Origin: Parcubacteria bacterium C7867-006
Lineage (GTDB): Bacteria; Patescibacteriota; Minisyncoccia; Phycocordibacterales; DATDWN01
Direction: 5' to 3'
Length of the DNA: 64,000 bases
Assembly: GCA_001189155.1 (NCBI GenBank)
Contig: LFCP01000001.1
Coordinates: 23,160-87,159, forward strand
Shown here: positions 38,223-49,587 of the stretch, one piece after another
Numbering within the stretch: position 1 is the stretch's first letter
Layout of the letters: each line of letters starts with the position of its first letter
Notes under the pieces: model-generated
What the model was told of the DNA's origin: nothing
Database searches by the model: none
What the model saw: only the letters and a program-made list of their open reading frames with translations
Made by a program: the position numbers and the translations under genes

Positions 38223-39689
38223 ATGTTACTTCAACTCTCGATTGGTTTCATGGTTGGGATTGCGATTGGGTCATTTATTCCGATTAACTTCGGATTTTTT
38301 ATTGCTTGTGCTTTTCTGACTATTCTTGTTTATTTTTATAAATATTTTGTTTCAGAAAAAGAAAGGAATTTTGTTGTAGCAACTTCGTTTATTTTGATTG
38401 GAGTTTTGTTTGGGATGGGTCGAATGCTTGTTTCTGATTTATATAAACCATCACATCTAGATAGCTATGTTGGTGGAAAAATATCTGCAGAGGGAATAAT
38501 AGTTGATGAACCGGATATTAGGGAGAGTAATACAAAATTAACTGTGAAACTCACAAACGTAGAGGGCAATAGTGTTTCGGAGAGGGTTTTGGTTTCTGTG
38601 CCCATTCATCCAGAGTACCAGTATGGAGATAAAGTTTCACTAACTCTTGTGCTGAAAGAACCAGAGCTAATTGAATCAGAAAATGGAAGAGTTTTTGATT
38701 ACAAAGGATATCTTCGTGTTCGTGGTATTTGGTATACAAGTCAGTTTACAACTATCAAACTACTCTCTTCGGGTAACGGTAGTCCTATAAAAACAATGTT
38801 ATTCAGAGTTAAACATTTATTTACTAACTCGATTAACAACACTCTACCTGAACCAGAATCAAGTTTGCTTTCAGGGCTTTTATTGGGAGGGAAACAGTCA
38901 CTTGGAAAGGATTTGTTATCAGAGTTTCAAAAAACTGGCACGTCACACATAGTTGTTCTTTCTGGTTATAACATTGTAATAGTAGCAGAAAGCATAATGG
39001 ATGTTTTTAAGTTTCTGCCAAAAAATATTTCGTTTGGTGCAGGGGCAGTGGGGATTATTTTATTCACTATTTTATCTGGTGGTGGAGCGTCAGCATGGAG
39101 AGCGGCTATTATGGTTTTGGTTGCTCTGTTTGCAAAAAAGATGAACCGGGATTACAAAGTTTCTCGCGCATTAGGTTTTGCTGTTGTCCTCATGCTTGCT
39201 GGAAATCCAACTCTTCTTGTTTTTGATCCATCGTTTCAACTTTCTGTTTTAGCAACAATAGGACTTGTTTTTGTTTCACCATTTATTGAGCCATTTCTAA
39301 AAAAAGTTCCAGAACGTTTTGGTTTGCGAGAAATTATTTCAGCTACTATTGCAACTCAAATAACAGTTCTACCTTATCTTGTCTATTCAACAGGAATAGT
39401 TTCTCTAGTTTCACTGCCAGTAAATATTTTGATATTGAGCACCATTCCGTTAACAATGTTTCTTGGTTTTGTAACAGGAATATTTGGTTTAGTTTCTCTT
39501 TATCTTTCTTTCATCCCTGCATTATTTGCATACAGTCTTTTGTGGTACCAGTTAGCTGTTGTTCATATTGGAAGTATTGTGCCGATGGGTTACATAAAAC
39601 TCCCAGCTTTTTCACCAGGAGTTTTATTGTTTACCTATTCAGTTATTTTTATTGGATTATATTTTTTAAAACAAAATAAAACTATTTAG
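38223..39689 (+). CDS. comEC: ComEC/Rec2 competence protein (membrane/OB part)
   Basis: HIVVLSGYN, RAAIM, DPSFQLSVLAT, SLPVNIL. Confidence 0.9.
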   Translation: MLLQLSIGFMVGIAIGSFIPINFGFFIACAFLTILVYFYKYFVSEKERNFVVATSFILIGVLFGMGRMLVSDLYKPSHLDSYVGGKISAEGIIVDEPDIRESNTKLTVKLTNVEGNSVSERVLVSVPIHPEYQYGDKVSLTLVLKEPELIESENGRVFDYKGYLRVRGIWYTSQFTTIKLLSSGNGSPIKTMLFRVKHLFTNSINNTLPEPESSLLSGLLLGGKQSLGKDLLSEFQKTGTSHIVVLSGYNIVIVAESIMDVFKFLPKNISFGAGAVGIILFTILSGGGASAWRAAIMVLVALFAKKMNRDYKVSRALGFAVVLMLAGNPTLLVFDPSFQLSVLATIGLVFVSPFIEPFLKKVPERFGLREIISATIATQITVLPYLVYSTGIVSLVSLPVNILILSTIPLTMFLGFVTGIFGLVSLYLSFIPALFAYSLLWYQLAVVHIGSIVPMGYIKLPAFSPGVLLFTYSVIFIGLYFLKQNKTI

Positions 39690-40278
39690 CTTTAGCAAAA
39701 TTCTCTTCAATCTTTGACCAGTTTAGATTTGCAAAAAAGTCTTCAATGTATTGTTTCTTTCCAGATGGTTGGTAGTCAGCAACAAAAGAGTGCTCCCACA
39801 TATCTAGTGCAAGTATTGGTGTACAACCCTGGAGTTGTCCTAGATGCTGTTCATCAACCCATGTATTGAGTAGTCTATCTTCTTGTTTGTTGTACCACAT
39901 AACAGCCCATCCGACTCCGCGAGTCATTGCAAGCATTTTGAAAATTGAGAGCCATGTTTCAAAAGAACCTTGAGTTTCTTCAATTTTCTTTTTTAGAGGG
40001 CTATTGTCTGAAAGTGGAGTTGCTCCTCCAGATAGTGAATCAAAATAAACTTCGTGATTTCGCATTCCATTGTATTCAAAACTGAAACGTCTAACTATTT
40101 CAGAAGCCTCATATTGATGTTTATCCATTCCATCTTTGTACATTTCTCCAAGTTTCTCTCCAACAAGGTTTGCGTTCTTTACATAACCAGAATATAGCTT
40201 CAAATGTTCCTCAATAGTTTTACTACTTATACCTTTCAGTTCACCGATGTTAAATTTTTTCTCTTCAAATGGTTTCAT
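39682..40278 (-). CDS. Fe/Mn superoxide dismutase family protein
   Basis: EEHLKLY, NHEVYF, GVGWA, LDMWEHSF; start MKPFEE. Confidence 0.9.
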   Translation of the reverse strand: MKPFEEKKFNIGELKGISSKTIEEHLKLYSGYVKNANLVGEKLGEMYKDGMDKHQYEASEIVRRFSFEYNGMRNHEVYFDSLSGGATPLSDNSPLKKKIEETQGSFETWLSIFKMLAMTRGVGWAVMWYNKQEDRLLNTWVDEQHLGQLQGCTPILALDMWEHSFVADYQPSGKKQYIEDFFANLNWSKIEENFAKAK

Positions 40279-40398
40279 ATTGTTTTTATAAAATCTTTTA
40301 CTCGGCACAATTTTTGATAGGCCAGACCCTACCCCTAACCCCTATAAAAAATTTTGCCTCGACGAGATTTTCAAATATTAATAAGTATAATATAGCAT

Positions 40399-41307
40399 AT
40401 GCGAAGTGCCTTTTCCCATTTCAAAACCTATTTGCGTTGGTATATATTAGTTTTTCTAATAATTCTGAGTACTTTAATTTGGTTTGCTGTATTTCATGAA
40501 AACAGACAGGGCATTCTTACTTTTGAAGTTTTAAATATTGGTCAGGGTGATGCTCTTTGGATCGAGTCTCCAACTGGGGTCCAAGTTTTGGTTGATGGTG
40601 GGCCAAACAATACTTTGATGAAAGAAATATCAAAAGTGATGCCTTGGTATGATAGACACATAGATATGTTGGTGGTAACAAATCCGGATAAAGATCACTT
40701 TGAAGGTTTTATTTCTCTTTTAAAAAAATACTCTGTTGACGTTGTTTTGGAACCTGGTACTGAAAATAATACTGATACATATAAAACTTTAGAAAAAGAA
40801 ATTGATGATAAAAAAATTCCAAAAGTTTTGGCTCGTCGTGGTCAGGTGGTGGATTTGGGTGGGGGAGCTTATTTACAAATACTTTTTCCAGATAGAGATG
40901 TCTCAGGATTGTCTTCAAATGACGGTTCTCTTGTGATGAAACTAGTTTATGGGGAAACAACCGTTATGCTTACAGGAGATTCTACAGAAAAAATAGAGCA
41001 TTATCTTGTGAGTATGGATGGAGAAGGTCTAAAAAGCACAATACTTAAAGCTGGTCATCATGGAAGTAGAACTAGTAGCAGTGAAGAATATGTTAGCGCT
41101 GTTAATCCGGAGTGGACTGTGATTTCTTCTGGGATAAAAAATGATTACGGTCATCCTCACAAAGAAACTATTGAGACTATGCAAAAATTAAAAATCCTAA
41201 CATATGATACCTGTAATAACGGTAGAATCATTTTTGTCTCGGATGGAGAAAAATTTGTACTAAAAAATAAAAATATAAAAGAAGCTGTTGTTGGGTGTAA
41301 AATTTAA
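40399..41307 (+). CDS. ComEC C-terminal metallo-beta-lactamase-fold protein
   Basis: NIGQGDA, LVDGG, TNPDKDH, LTGD, KAGHHGSRTSS, YGHPH. Confidence 0.88.
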   Translation: MRSAFSHFKTYLRWYILVFLIILSTLIWFAVFHENRQGILTFEVLNIGQGDALWIESPTGVQVLVDGGPNNTLMKEISKVMPWYDRHIDMLVVTNPDKDHFEGFISLLKKYSVDVVLEPGTENNTDTYKTLEKEIDDKKIPKVLARRGQVVDLGGGAYLQILFPDRDVSGLSSNDGSLVMKLVYGETTVMLTGDSTEKIEHYLVSMDGEGLKSTILKAGHHGSRTSSSEEYVSAVNPEWTVISSGIKNDYGHPHKETIETMQKLKILTYDTCNNGRIIFVSDGEKFVLKNKNIKEAVVGCKI

Positions 41308-41358
41308 TTTTGACAGAGTCCAAAAACAGTGTTATTTTGATAAACAGAGGAGGCCGCC

Positions 41359-41643
41359 GTGAGACACGCCAAATTTGAGCAGTATACTTTCCGGTATACT
41401 GTCCCAAGCACTGACGCACAAGGAGAGGAGACGAGGGTGAAAAGAGAGATTCCCCTCGGTTTCAAGACCAGAGAGACAGCTTTGGCGATGGTGAGGGAAT
41501 ACGCCATCAGCCTCAGCTCTGACCCGAATCTTCAAGGGTTCAAGCTCATCTGCCCAGACGATTCCGAGATCGAAATCGATGTCTCGGGGGTGGTTCGGGT
41601 GAACGAGACGGCGCTGGGGATGCTTTCCCACAGCCGGCCTTAA
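41359..41643 (+). CDS. Hypothetical protein in GC-rich solo cassette E
   Basis: TTGACA-17-TATTTT, GAGGAGG SD, GTG start, terminator AACGACCGG...CCGGTCGTT. Confidence 0.65.
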   Translation: MRHAKFEQYTFRYTVPSTDAQGEETRVKREIPLGFKTRETALAMVREYAISLSSDPNLQGFKLICPDDSEIEIDVSGVVRVNETALGMLSHSRP

Positions 41644-41709
41644 TCTCAAGTTCTACACAAACAAAACGACCGGGCCTATCAAGGTTCCGGTCGTTCTCAT
41701 TTTTATTTA

Positions 41710-41836
41710 AGTTTGTGTGGATTTTTGTTTGAGTTCAAGGCGCGACGTTTTATTTTTGACTAAGCTTTACATCTAGTACTGCGCATGGAGAAAATAAAAC
41801 TAGCAACGAAGAAATCAGACAAAAAGACGACAAACT
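41710..41836 (-). repeat. Palindromic intergenic element (family I)
   Basis: Reverse complement shares GTTGCTAG, CTCCA.GCGCAGTACTA, AGCTT.GTCA and CGTCGCGCCTTGAACT with 19774-19903. Confidence 0.8.
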
Positions 41837-42077
41837 ATACTATTCCTGCTTTGTGGAGTGTGGCGTATGCTCCGTTTTTCTGAATAGTTTTTATTCCTTT
41901 TGTAGATAGAGTTAAAGTTACTGATTTTTTAAGTTCAGGAATGTAGATCTTCTTTTTCTGAAGATTTGCGTATCGTCTTTTTACTCCAGTTGGGTTGAAC
42001 TGTGTAGCACGAGTTCGGTTAGAGTAACCTCCACCTAACTGAGATGATTTGTTTGTTATTGCGCAGACTTTTGCCAT
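41835..42077 (-). CDS. rpmB: 50S ribosomal protein L28
   Basis: MAKVCAIT...KRRYANLQKKKI...LSTKGIKT. Confidence 0.9.
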   Translation of the reverse strand: MAKVCAITNKSSQLGGGYSNRTRATQFNPTGVKRRYANLQKKKIYIPELKKSVTLTLSTKGIKTIQKNGAYATLHKAGIV

Positions 42078-42118
42078 ATGTTTTATTTGTTTGGATATGC
42101 TAACATAAAACTCATATT

Positions 42119-42733
42119 ATGCAAATAGATTTCATATTTTCAATAATAATACTTATATTTTCAGTTATTGTTCACGAAGTATCTCATGGTTACTCAGCCT
42201 ATCTTCTAGGGGATAATACTGCTAAATATGCTGGCAGACTTAACCTAAACCCGTTAAACCATCTAGAGTGGTTTGGTTCATTTATATTACCAGTACTCTC
42301 GTATAGTCTAGGAGGTTTTATTCTTGGTTGGGCGAAACCAGTACCTTTTAACCCTTATAATCTTAGAAATCAAAAATGGGGTGAAGCTATGGTGGCTATA
42401 GCTGGGCCTCTATCTAATATATGTATAGCTCTATTTTTCGGATTACTTATTCGGTTTGGTATAGCAGCACAGTTCGGTGTGCCTTTTGTTAATATCTCTC
42501 TTATGATAGTTATTATCAATCTAGTATTGGCAACATTTAATCTAGTGCCAATCCCTCCTCTAGACGGTTCAAAAATACTGTTTTCTTTAATACCATATAA
42601 TATGAGGTATATAAGGGATTTTCTTGAGAAAAATCAGCTTTTTCTTATTCTTGTGTTCATATTCTTTCTTTGGAATCTTATTTCTCCACTGGTCAGTCTA
42701 GAACTCAAACTTATTACAGGCCTATCTATTTAG
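42119..42733 (+). CDS. Site-2 protease (M50) family protein
   Basis: HEVSH, AGPLSN, FNLVPIPPLDG. Confidence 0.92.
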   Translation: MQIDFIFSIIILIFSVIVHEVSHGYSAYLLGDNTAKYAGRLNLNPLNHLEWFGSFILPVLSYSLGGFILGWAKPVPFNPYNLRNQKWGEAMVAIAGPLSNICIALFFGLLIRFGIAAQFGVPFVNISLMIVIINLVLATFNLVPIPPLDGSKILFSLIPYNMRYIRDFLEKNQLFLILVFIFFLWNLISPLVSLELKLITGLSI

Positions 42734-42796
42734 CCGCGGTAAATCACTTGCGTTTTTCTATCGGATATATTAGAGTAGCAAGGTTAATTAAAAGAA

Positions 42797-43210
42797 ATGT
42801 CAACAATAAATCAACTAATCAGACGAAAGCGATCAAAGCCTAAGGTAAAGCCAAAGGCTGTTGCTCTTACTCGTGGTTTTAACACTCTTACAAACAGACC
42901 TGTATTTTATGGTTCTCCATTTAAGAGAGGTGTATGTACAAAGGTAACAACAAAGACTCCAAAGAAGCCTAACTCAGCTATCCGAAAATACGCGAGAGTT
43001 CGACTTACAAACGGAATGGAAGTTTCTGCTTACATCCCAGGTATGGGTCACAACCTACAGGAGCACTCAGTGGTTCTACTTCGAGGAGGAAAGGTAAAGG
43101 ATGTCGGTCTTCGATACACTATTGTTCGAGGTGTTTTGGATGCTACTGGAGTTGATTCAAGACGACAAGGACGATCACGATACGGTAACAAGAAGCCAAA
43201 AGCTAAGTAA
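42797..43210 (+). CDS. rpsL: 30S ribosomal protein S12
   Basis: [16 protein letters not shown]. Confidence 0.97.
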   Translation: MSTINQLIRRKRSKPKVKPKAVALTRGFNTLTNRPVFYGSPFKRGVCTKVTTKTPKKPNSAIRKYARVRLTNGMEVSAYIPGMGHNLQEHSVVLLRGGKVKDVGLRYTIVRGVLDATGVDSRRQGRSRYGNKKPKAK

Positions 43211-43221
43211 TTTAAATATAT

Positions 43222-43692
43222 ATGCGACGAAAAGTAACTAACAGAAATATAGTAGGACCAGATCACGTATACAACTCTGAAAAGATTGGTAAATTTATCA
43301 ACTATGTAATGCTACGAGGTCAAAAAGAAACAGCTAGAGGTATAGTTTACGAGGCTCTTGAGTTGGTTAAAGAAAGAGCAAAAGTAGAAGATCCTATGGA
43401 GGTTTTGGATGCAGCTTTGAAAAATGCAGGTCCTCTAACAGAAGTACGATCAAGACGAGTTGGTGGTGCTAACTACCAGATTCCTCGAGAGGTTAGACCT
43501 GAGAGACGATCTTTTCTATCTATGAAATGGATCATCGAAGCAGCACGAGAAGGAAAGGGTGCTCCTATGGCATCACGACTAGCAGATGAGATCATTCTAG
43601 CTTCAAAGAACGAAGGAAAGGCGGCAAAGAAGAGAGAGGATACTCATAAGATGGCGGAAGCCAATAAAGCCTTTGCTCATTTTGCTTGGTAA
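43222..43692 (+). CDS. rpsG: 30S ribosomal protein S7
   Basis: RRVGGANYQIP, HKMAEANKAFAH. Confidence 0.97.
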   Translation: MRRKVTNRNIVGPDHVYNSEKIGKFINYVMLRGQKETARGIVYEALELVKERAKVEDPMEVLDAALKNAGPLTEVRSRRVGGANYQIPREVRPERRSFLSMKWIIEAAREGKGAPMASRLADEIILASKNEGKAAKKREDTHKMAEANKAFAHFAW

Positions 43693-43924
43693 GAAAAAGC
43701 CCTTCGGGGCCTTTTTCTTACCAAGCAAAATCAATTAAATAGTGCATGGTCGGTAGATAAAATTGCTTTAGAAATTTTATCTCCGGGTGTATTTTTTAAA
43801 AACTCTTAACGTCGTATCTCATCCAAATTGTGAAAACTTAAATTAAACAGTGCTTGATCGGTAAGAAAAAGTTTTTTAATTTTTGTCTTCTGGGTTGGAT
43901 TTTACTTATGATAAAATATTTCAT

Positions 43925-44122
43925 ATGGAAACCTTTTTTGATCTAGTTAAAGATCCGGCACATTGGGAGTTTGAGATATTACTCATCATTATTTTTGATG
44001 TAATTATTGGTTTGGTTATCTGGCCTTTTGTACAGAAGGCTCTTGTTCACCACAAGTCAGATCACGAGAGGTTGGAGGATTTAGAGAGGGAAGTTGAAAG
44101 GCTGAAGAACCCTCAGGGTTAG
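43925..44122 (+). CDS. Small membrane protein inserted between rpsG and fusA
   Basis: METFFDL start after TGATAAAAT; one TM helix and short coiled coil. Confidence 0.65.
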   Translation: METFFDLVKDPAHWEFEILLIIIFDVIIGLVIWPFVQKALVHHKSDHERLEDLEREVERLKNPQG

Positions 44123-44207
44123 GATTGCTCAAAATGGTCTTTTGGTATATAGTTTGCACATTCCACTCAGGAATTTTTTTTACTCTTTATTATTCATTAA
44201 TTAATTT

Positions 44208-46349
44208 ATGAACCGCGATTATTCATTAGATAAAGTTCGAAACTTCGGTATTATTGCTCACATTGACGCAGGAAAGACAACAACTTCAGAGCGTGTGCTT
44301 TTCTATACAGGAATGACTCACAAAATCGGTGAGGTGCACGAGGGAGAAACTGTTACAGACTGGATGGAGCAGGAGAGAGAGCGAGGTATCACTATTACAG
44401 CTGCTGCTATTACTTGTTTCTGGAACCCAACATACAAACCAAAGGGACAGAAGCCAGAGTATCGATTTAACGTTATTGATACACCGGGTCACATTGACTT
44501 TACAGCTGAAGTAAAAAGATCTCTTAGAGTTTTGGACGGCGCGGTTGTTGTGTTCGATGGAGTTGCTGGAGTAGAACCTCAGTCAGAAACTAACTGGAGA
44601 TACGCTGATGATGGAAACGTTCCACGAATCTGTTTCATCAACAAACTGGACCGAACGGGTGCATCTTTTGAGCGTTCATATGCTTCTATTCTAGATAGAC
44701 TAACTAAAAATGCTGTTAGAGTTCAGATTCCTATCGGACTTGAAGATAAGTTTGAGGGGGTTATCGATCTTTTGAAAATGAAGGCGTTTTACTTTGAGGG
44801 AAACATGGGAATGACTATTAGAGAGGAAGAAATTCCTGCTGAGTATTTAGATGAAGCAAATAAATACAGAGCTGAGCTTGTTGAAAAAGTTGTCGAGCAA
44901 GATGATACTTTGATGGCCGCATATTTAGAAGGAAAGGAGCCTTCATTTGATGACTTAAAGGCTACACTTAGAAAAGCTACTTTGGCGGTTAAGCTAGTGC
45001 CGGTATTTGCTGGTTCAGCTCTGAAAAACAAAGGAGTTCAGTTGGTGCTAGACGGTGTGGTTGATTATCTACCATCTCCACTAGATATTCCTCCTGTTCA
45101 CGGAATTGATCCAAAGACAGGTGGTGAGATATATAGAAATGCATCTGACACAGAACCTTTTGCAGCGCTTGCATTCAAACTTCAGAACGACCCATTCGTA
45201 GGACAGCTAACATTCTTTCGAGTATATTCTGGAACAGTAGAAGCTGGTACATATCTATATAACTCAACTACAGGTGAGAAAGAAAGACTGGGACGTATTG
45301 TGCGACTACAGGCAGATAAACGAGAAGAAGTGAAAAAAGTTTTTGCCGGAGAAATCGCAGCCGCTGTGGGACTAAAGTCAGCAAAGACTTCTCACACGCT
45401 TTGTGATGAAACAAATCCGATCATCCTAGATCCTATTAAATTCGTTGCACCTGTGGTGTCTCTACGAATTGAACCAAAAACAAAAGCAGACCAGGAGAAA
45501 ATGGGTATGGCTTTGAAGAAACTTTCTGACGAAGATCCAACTTTTGTTATTTCATCAAACACAGAAACAGGAGAGTCTATTGTTTCAGGAATGGGTGAGC
45601 TACACCTTGAAATTATGGTTGATCGTATGAAAAGAGAGTTCGGTGTTGAAGTAAATGTCGGTAAACCTCAAGTAGCATACAGAGAGACTATTTTGGGAAC
45701 TGCAGAAGCAGAGCACAAATACATCAAGCAGACTGGAGGTAAGGGTCAGTATGGTCACGTTAAACTGACAATCAAACCAATGGAGAAGATTGAGGAGGGA
45801 GATAAAATTCCAAAGAATGTTAAAAGATACGAAGACTTTGAATTTATTGACTCAATCAAAGGAGGAGTTATTCCACAGGAGTTTATTCCTGCAGTTGAAA
45901 AGGGAGTTCACGAGGCTATGGATAGAGGAATCGTTGCTGGTTTCAAAATGGTAAATATTTCTTGTGAACTAACATTCGGTTCATACCACGATGTGGACTC
46001 ATCTGAAATTGCATACAAGATTGCAGCATCACAAGCCTTCCAAGAAGCAGCTAAAAAAGCAAAACCAGTTATTCTAGAACCTATTATGAAAGTTGAAGCT
46101 ATAATGCCAGAACAATTCATGGGAGATGTGACTGGTTCACTTTCAGGTAAACGAGGACAGATAGAAGGAATGGATGAAAGAGGAATGCTTCGAGTTATTC
46201 ATGCAAAAGTACCTCTATCAGAGATGTTCGGTTATACAACAGATATCCGATCTATGACACAGGGAAGGGGTTCAGTGATGATGGAGTTTGATCATTATGA
46301 AGTTGTTCCTCCTAATGTTGAGAAACAAATAGTAGAAAGCAGAAAATAA
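44208..46349 (+). CDS. fusA: Elongation factor G
   Basis: [33 protein letters not shown]. Confidence 0.98.
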   Translation: MNRDYSLDKVRNFGIIAHIDAGKTTTSERVLFYTGMTHKIGEVHEGETVTDWMEQERERGITITAAAITCFWNPTYKPKGQKPEYRFNVIDTPGHIDFTAEVKRSLRVLDGAVVVFDGVAGVEPQSETNWRYADDGNVPRICFINKLDRTGASFERSYASILDRLTKNAVRVQIPIGLEDKFEGVIDLLKMKAFYFEGNMGMTIREEEIPAEYLDEANKYRAELVEKVVEQDDTLMAAYLEGKEPSFDDLKATLRKATLAVKLVPVFAGSALKNKGVQLVLDGVVDYLPSPLDIPPVHGIDPKTGGEIYRNASDTEPFAALAFKLQNDPFVGQLTFFRVYSGTVEAGTYLYNSTTGEKERLGRIVRLQADKREEVKKVFAGEIAAAVGLKSAKTSHTLCDETNPIILDPIKFVAPVVSLRIEPKTKADQEKMGMALKKLSDEDPTFVISSNTETGESIVSGMGELHLEIMVDRMKREFGVEVNVGKPQVAYRETILGTAEAEHKYIKQTGGKGQYGHVKLTIKPMEKIEEGDKIPKNVKRYEDFEFIDSIKGGVIPQEFIPAVEKGVHEAMDRGIVAGFKMVNISCELTFGSYHDVDSSEIAYKIAASQAFQEAAKKAKPVILEPIMKVEAIMPEQFMGDVTGSLSGKRGQIEGMDERGMLRVIHAKVPLSEMFGYTTDIRSMTQGRGSVMMEFDHYEVVPPNVEKQIVESRK

Positions 46350-46441
46350 TTAAACAAAAAACTCACCGTACGGTGAGTTTTTTGTTTTAATACACAGAAT
46401 TTTTTGCTAGTACATTTTAAAAAAGTTACAATGTATGCATA

Positions 46442-49400
46442 ATGGTTACTGTTTCAGAAAAAATACAATCTCCAGATGAATTAAAAAGTGAGCTTGATCG
46501 TGAACTTCATGGTGCTCATTTTTCTGAGTCTAGTGAAAAAGATCTTGGAAAACTAGTTTCTCACCAACCGACAGAACTTCCTCCAGTTGAGTACATTCCT
46601 ACATCAGTTAGAGGAAAAAGGCACGGTCCTTTAACCAAAAAAGAAGATCAAAAAAGAGTATTTAGAGAGAGTTCTGAGGGTATAGCTTTATCAAAAGAGT
46701 TGGAAGCTTTAAATACGGGGAAACCATCTGATATTGATAAATCTCAATTTAATTTTAATCCAGACGAGGTTAAAGAGTTTGTCCCGTCAGGAAGACCTTT
46801 TAAGCCATATGAAGATGTCGCAAAACCATCATATATTCTTAAGAGAAAAATTAAAAAACTCATAAGTTTTGTAAGATCAAATATAAAAAATTCAGCCAGT
46901 ATTGTTTTTGATTTATACCAGTTCGAAAAAGATTCGGATACTCCTTTGGTTATAAAAGAAATAGATAAATTAGAGGAGAATGGAGTTCTAAATACTGAAC
47001 AAGCAGATGAAGCTAGAAGCTTGATTTCTGATGATTCACAAAATATTATTGAAGAAAAATCAGAAGTTGATAATGTTTTAAAAACAGAAACGGAAACGGA
47101 AACAAAGCCAGAACCTGAAGTTAATACTGATAAAGTTGAGCCGGTTAAAAATATAGATAAAAAAAGAGAGTTAAGTGTAGATGAACTCAAGGCTAGTGCA
47201 ATGGATGCTTATGAAAAAGGAAATACAAGCATCTCTTTGTCTTATATTGATAAAATAAATGACGAAGAGGTTAGAGCTAATTTAATACGAGATATTGTTA
47301 TAGACTCCGTAAACAATAAGTCTTTCTCAAAAGCACGTAAATTTATAGACAAAATTAGGGATGATAGTTACAGGGTAGAATTGGGCGGTTGGTTAGATGG
47401 TCAGATTAAAATTCCTGTAGAAAAAATCAGGTCAGATAACGGAGAGGTATCTTTTGTGAAACCAGAGCCAAAATCTGTATATGCAGATATGCCAGTTATA
47501 GAGGATGACACACAAAAACCTGATTTAGATTTAAATACTGAATCTGAGACAGAAAATAATATTGGTGATTTGAAAATTAGAGAAGCTGAGGCGGAAGAAG
47601 AAACTCCAAAGATTGAGGATGTTAAGCCAAAAGATATTCCAGTAGTTGAAAATTCTGAAGTATTCGGTCCAGAAAACACTCCTCAGTTAGGGCCTTTAAC
47701 ACAAAAAGCACAGGAAGAAGCAGATAAAAAATTGGAAGAAAATCTAGAAAAAACTCGTGATGAGTACGCGAGATTTTATATTGATCATAAAAATAAAATA
47801 AGAGATAGAAAAGGATGGTTTGGTAAACATTTGGCTGATTTAGGTTTCGATAAACAGTTACCAAAAACAGAAGAACCAGAAGAGCTTAGGGAGGCACATA
47901 GAGCTTATGTGGAGGCAAAGAAACATAAAAATGAAATACTTTTTTCTCAGACAGAAAAACGTAAAAAAGAAGTAACTGGCCAGATACTATCGTTGAGAGA
48001 AGTTAGTTATGATTTCAACCCAAAATTACTAGATGAGACAGAAAAGGAATTTGTACTACTTCAAGAGAGAATACAGAACGGTATGCCTCCGTTAGAAAAA
48101 GGTATTGCTGGAAAAGTTTTTGAAAAGTGGGCAAAAATGAGTCGAGTTCAGAGAATTGCATTTAGTAGTGCAATTATAACTGGTACAAATATTGTTTTTG
48201 GAGCATTAACTTTACCAGCAGCTGTTGCGTATGGGGGTTACAGGGCTGGGCGTTCTGCATTGATTGGAACAGGGGTTTCTCAGGGAGTAGGTAAGGGGGT
48301 GGATACTATATTTAAAAAGAAAAATGAAAAGATTCATAAAGAAATGGCCGAAGAGTATTCATTTGAAATAAATGAAGAAAATTTTGCTGAAAAGGAAAAA
48401 GAGATGATGGAAAAAATGCAGAATGAGCAAAATAAAATAAAACGTCAACGCCTCTACAAAGCCGGAGTAATGATTGGAGCAGGAGGTTTGGCCACAATGG
48501 GAGCAGCAAGTTTGGAGTCTTTGGTTAAATCAACTATCGATATTCCTACTACTGTACCAGAACTTCCAAATCATCCAAAAATTAGAATCATGGATTCTAT
48601 TCCAGAAAAAAATATTCCTGAGAGCGTACATTCAGTAGAGGTTCCTGTTTCAAGTAAAGGTTTTATTGATACTTTCCATAATATAAAAGATGAGATAGTA
48701 AAACAGTATGGGGGAGAGGGTAATGTTCCAGAAGAAATTCACCGAACTATTCTAGATAGGTCAGATGTTGATTTGGCAAAACAGTTTCATATGTATGATC
48801 CAGAGCATAATTTGAGCGCAGTTGGGTATAAAGGAGAAACTCTCGGTTTAGATAGCTCAGGAAATCTCGTGTATCATCATTTGGATGGAAACAGTGAAAT
48901 AATGCTTGATACAAAAACCGGATTAACTCACGAGTTTGGTGGTCAGATTGAACATCATCCCGTTAAATTGAAAGTGGTTAGTCATGATACTCCCGGTAAT
49001 CTTGAAGTGAACGAGACTCCAGTTCAATCAACTCATATCGAAGATCAGGATGTTATTCCTACTGGAGATTCTATTCAAGAGTCTATTCCAGTTAGTGAAG
49101 TTACAAACTCAAATATAGAGAGTCGTGTATTTTATAATAATTCGTCTGTTGATGTGCTCCCAATAAACAATGGTGCCGGAAAAGCTGTGACATATCTTGG
49201 TAGGGAAATTGCTCATGAGTATACCGTTGGTGATAAAAAAGTTTTTTATCTAGATGATCAGTATCAAGACAATCCAGCATTCAAGGAAATTAGAGGAGCC
49301 TTTAATGCTTTTTATGAAAAAAATATCCCTAGTAATACACAGGTAGTTGCACCAATAGATTTTGAAGGTGGTAAGATATATATAATAAAGGACGCGATTA

Positions 49401-49585
49401 ATCCTAAAGGTGTAAGTGTGTTGTTAAATGGAAGGGAGATTGCCAAAGGCTTAATAAATGGAACTAGTGCGAAGGTTCAAATAATCAGTAATTTAAAAGG
49501 AGGATGGTTTCTCGCTGACAATGCTTACGAAAGGGCTTTTAAGTTGGCACAGAATGTCATAAAGAACTCTAAATTAACACCATAA
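46442..49585 (+). CDS. Large hypothetical protein (1047 aa) with central hydrophobic segments
   Basis: Long ORF; acidic N-terminus, Gly/Ala-rich hydrophobic segments, no recognised motif. Confidence 0.75.
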   Translation: MVTVSEKIQSPDELKSELDRELHGAHFSESSEKDLGKLVSHQPTELPPVEYIPTSVRGKRHGPLTKKEDQKRVFRESSEGIALSKELEALNTGKPSDIDKSQFNFNPDEVKEFVPSGRPFKPYEDVAKPSYILKRKIKKLISFVRSNIKNSASIVFDLYQFEKDSDTPLVIKEIDKLEENGVLNTEQADEARSLISDDSQNIIEEKSEVDNVLKTETETETKPEPEVNTDKVEPVKNIDKKRELSVDELKASAMDAYEKGNTSISLSYIDKINDEEVRANLIRDIVIDSVNNKSFSKARKFIDKIRDDSYRVELGGWLDGQIKIPVEKIRSDNGEVSFVKPEPKSVYADMPVIEDDTQKPDLDLNTESETENNIGDLKIREAEAEEETPKIEDVKPKDIPVVENSEVFGPENTPQLGPLTQKAQEEADKKLEENLEKTRDEYARFYIDHKNKIRDRKGWFGKHLADLGFDKQLPKTEEPEELREAHRAYVEAKKHKNEILFSQTEKRKKEVTGQILSLREVSYDFNPKLLDETEKEFVLLQERIQNGMPPLEKGIAGKVFEKWAKMSRVQRIAFSSAIITGTNIVFGALTLPAAVAYGGYRAGRSALIGTGVSQGVGKGVDTIFKKKNEKIHKEMAEEYSFEINEENFAEKEKEMMEKMQNEQNKIKRQRLYKAGVMIGAGGLATMGAASLESLVKSTIDIPTTVPELPNHPKIRIMDSIPEKNIPESVHSVEVPVSSKGFIDTFHNIKDEIVKQYGGEGNVPEEIHRTILDRSDVDLAKQFHMYDPEHNLSAVGYKGETLGLDSSGNLVYHHLDGNSEIMLDTKTGLTHEFGGQIEHHPVKLKVVSHDTPGNLEVNETPVQSTHIEDQDVIPTGDSIQESIPVSEVTNSNIESRVFYNNSSVDVLPINNGAGKAVTYLGREIAHEYTVGDKKVFYLDDQYQDNPAFKEIRGAFNAFYEKNIPSNTQVVAPIDFEGGKIYIIKDAINPKGVSVLLNGREIAKGLINGTSAKVQIISNLKGGWFLADNAYERAFKLAQNVIKNSKLTP

Positions 49586-49587
49586 AT

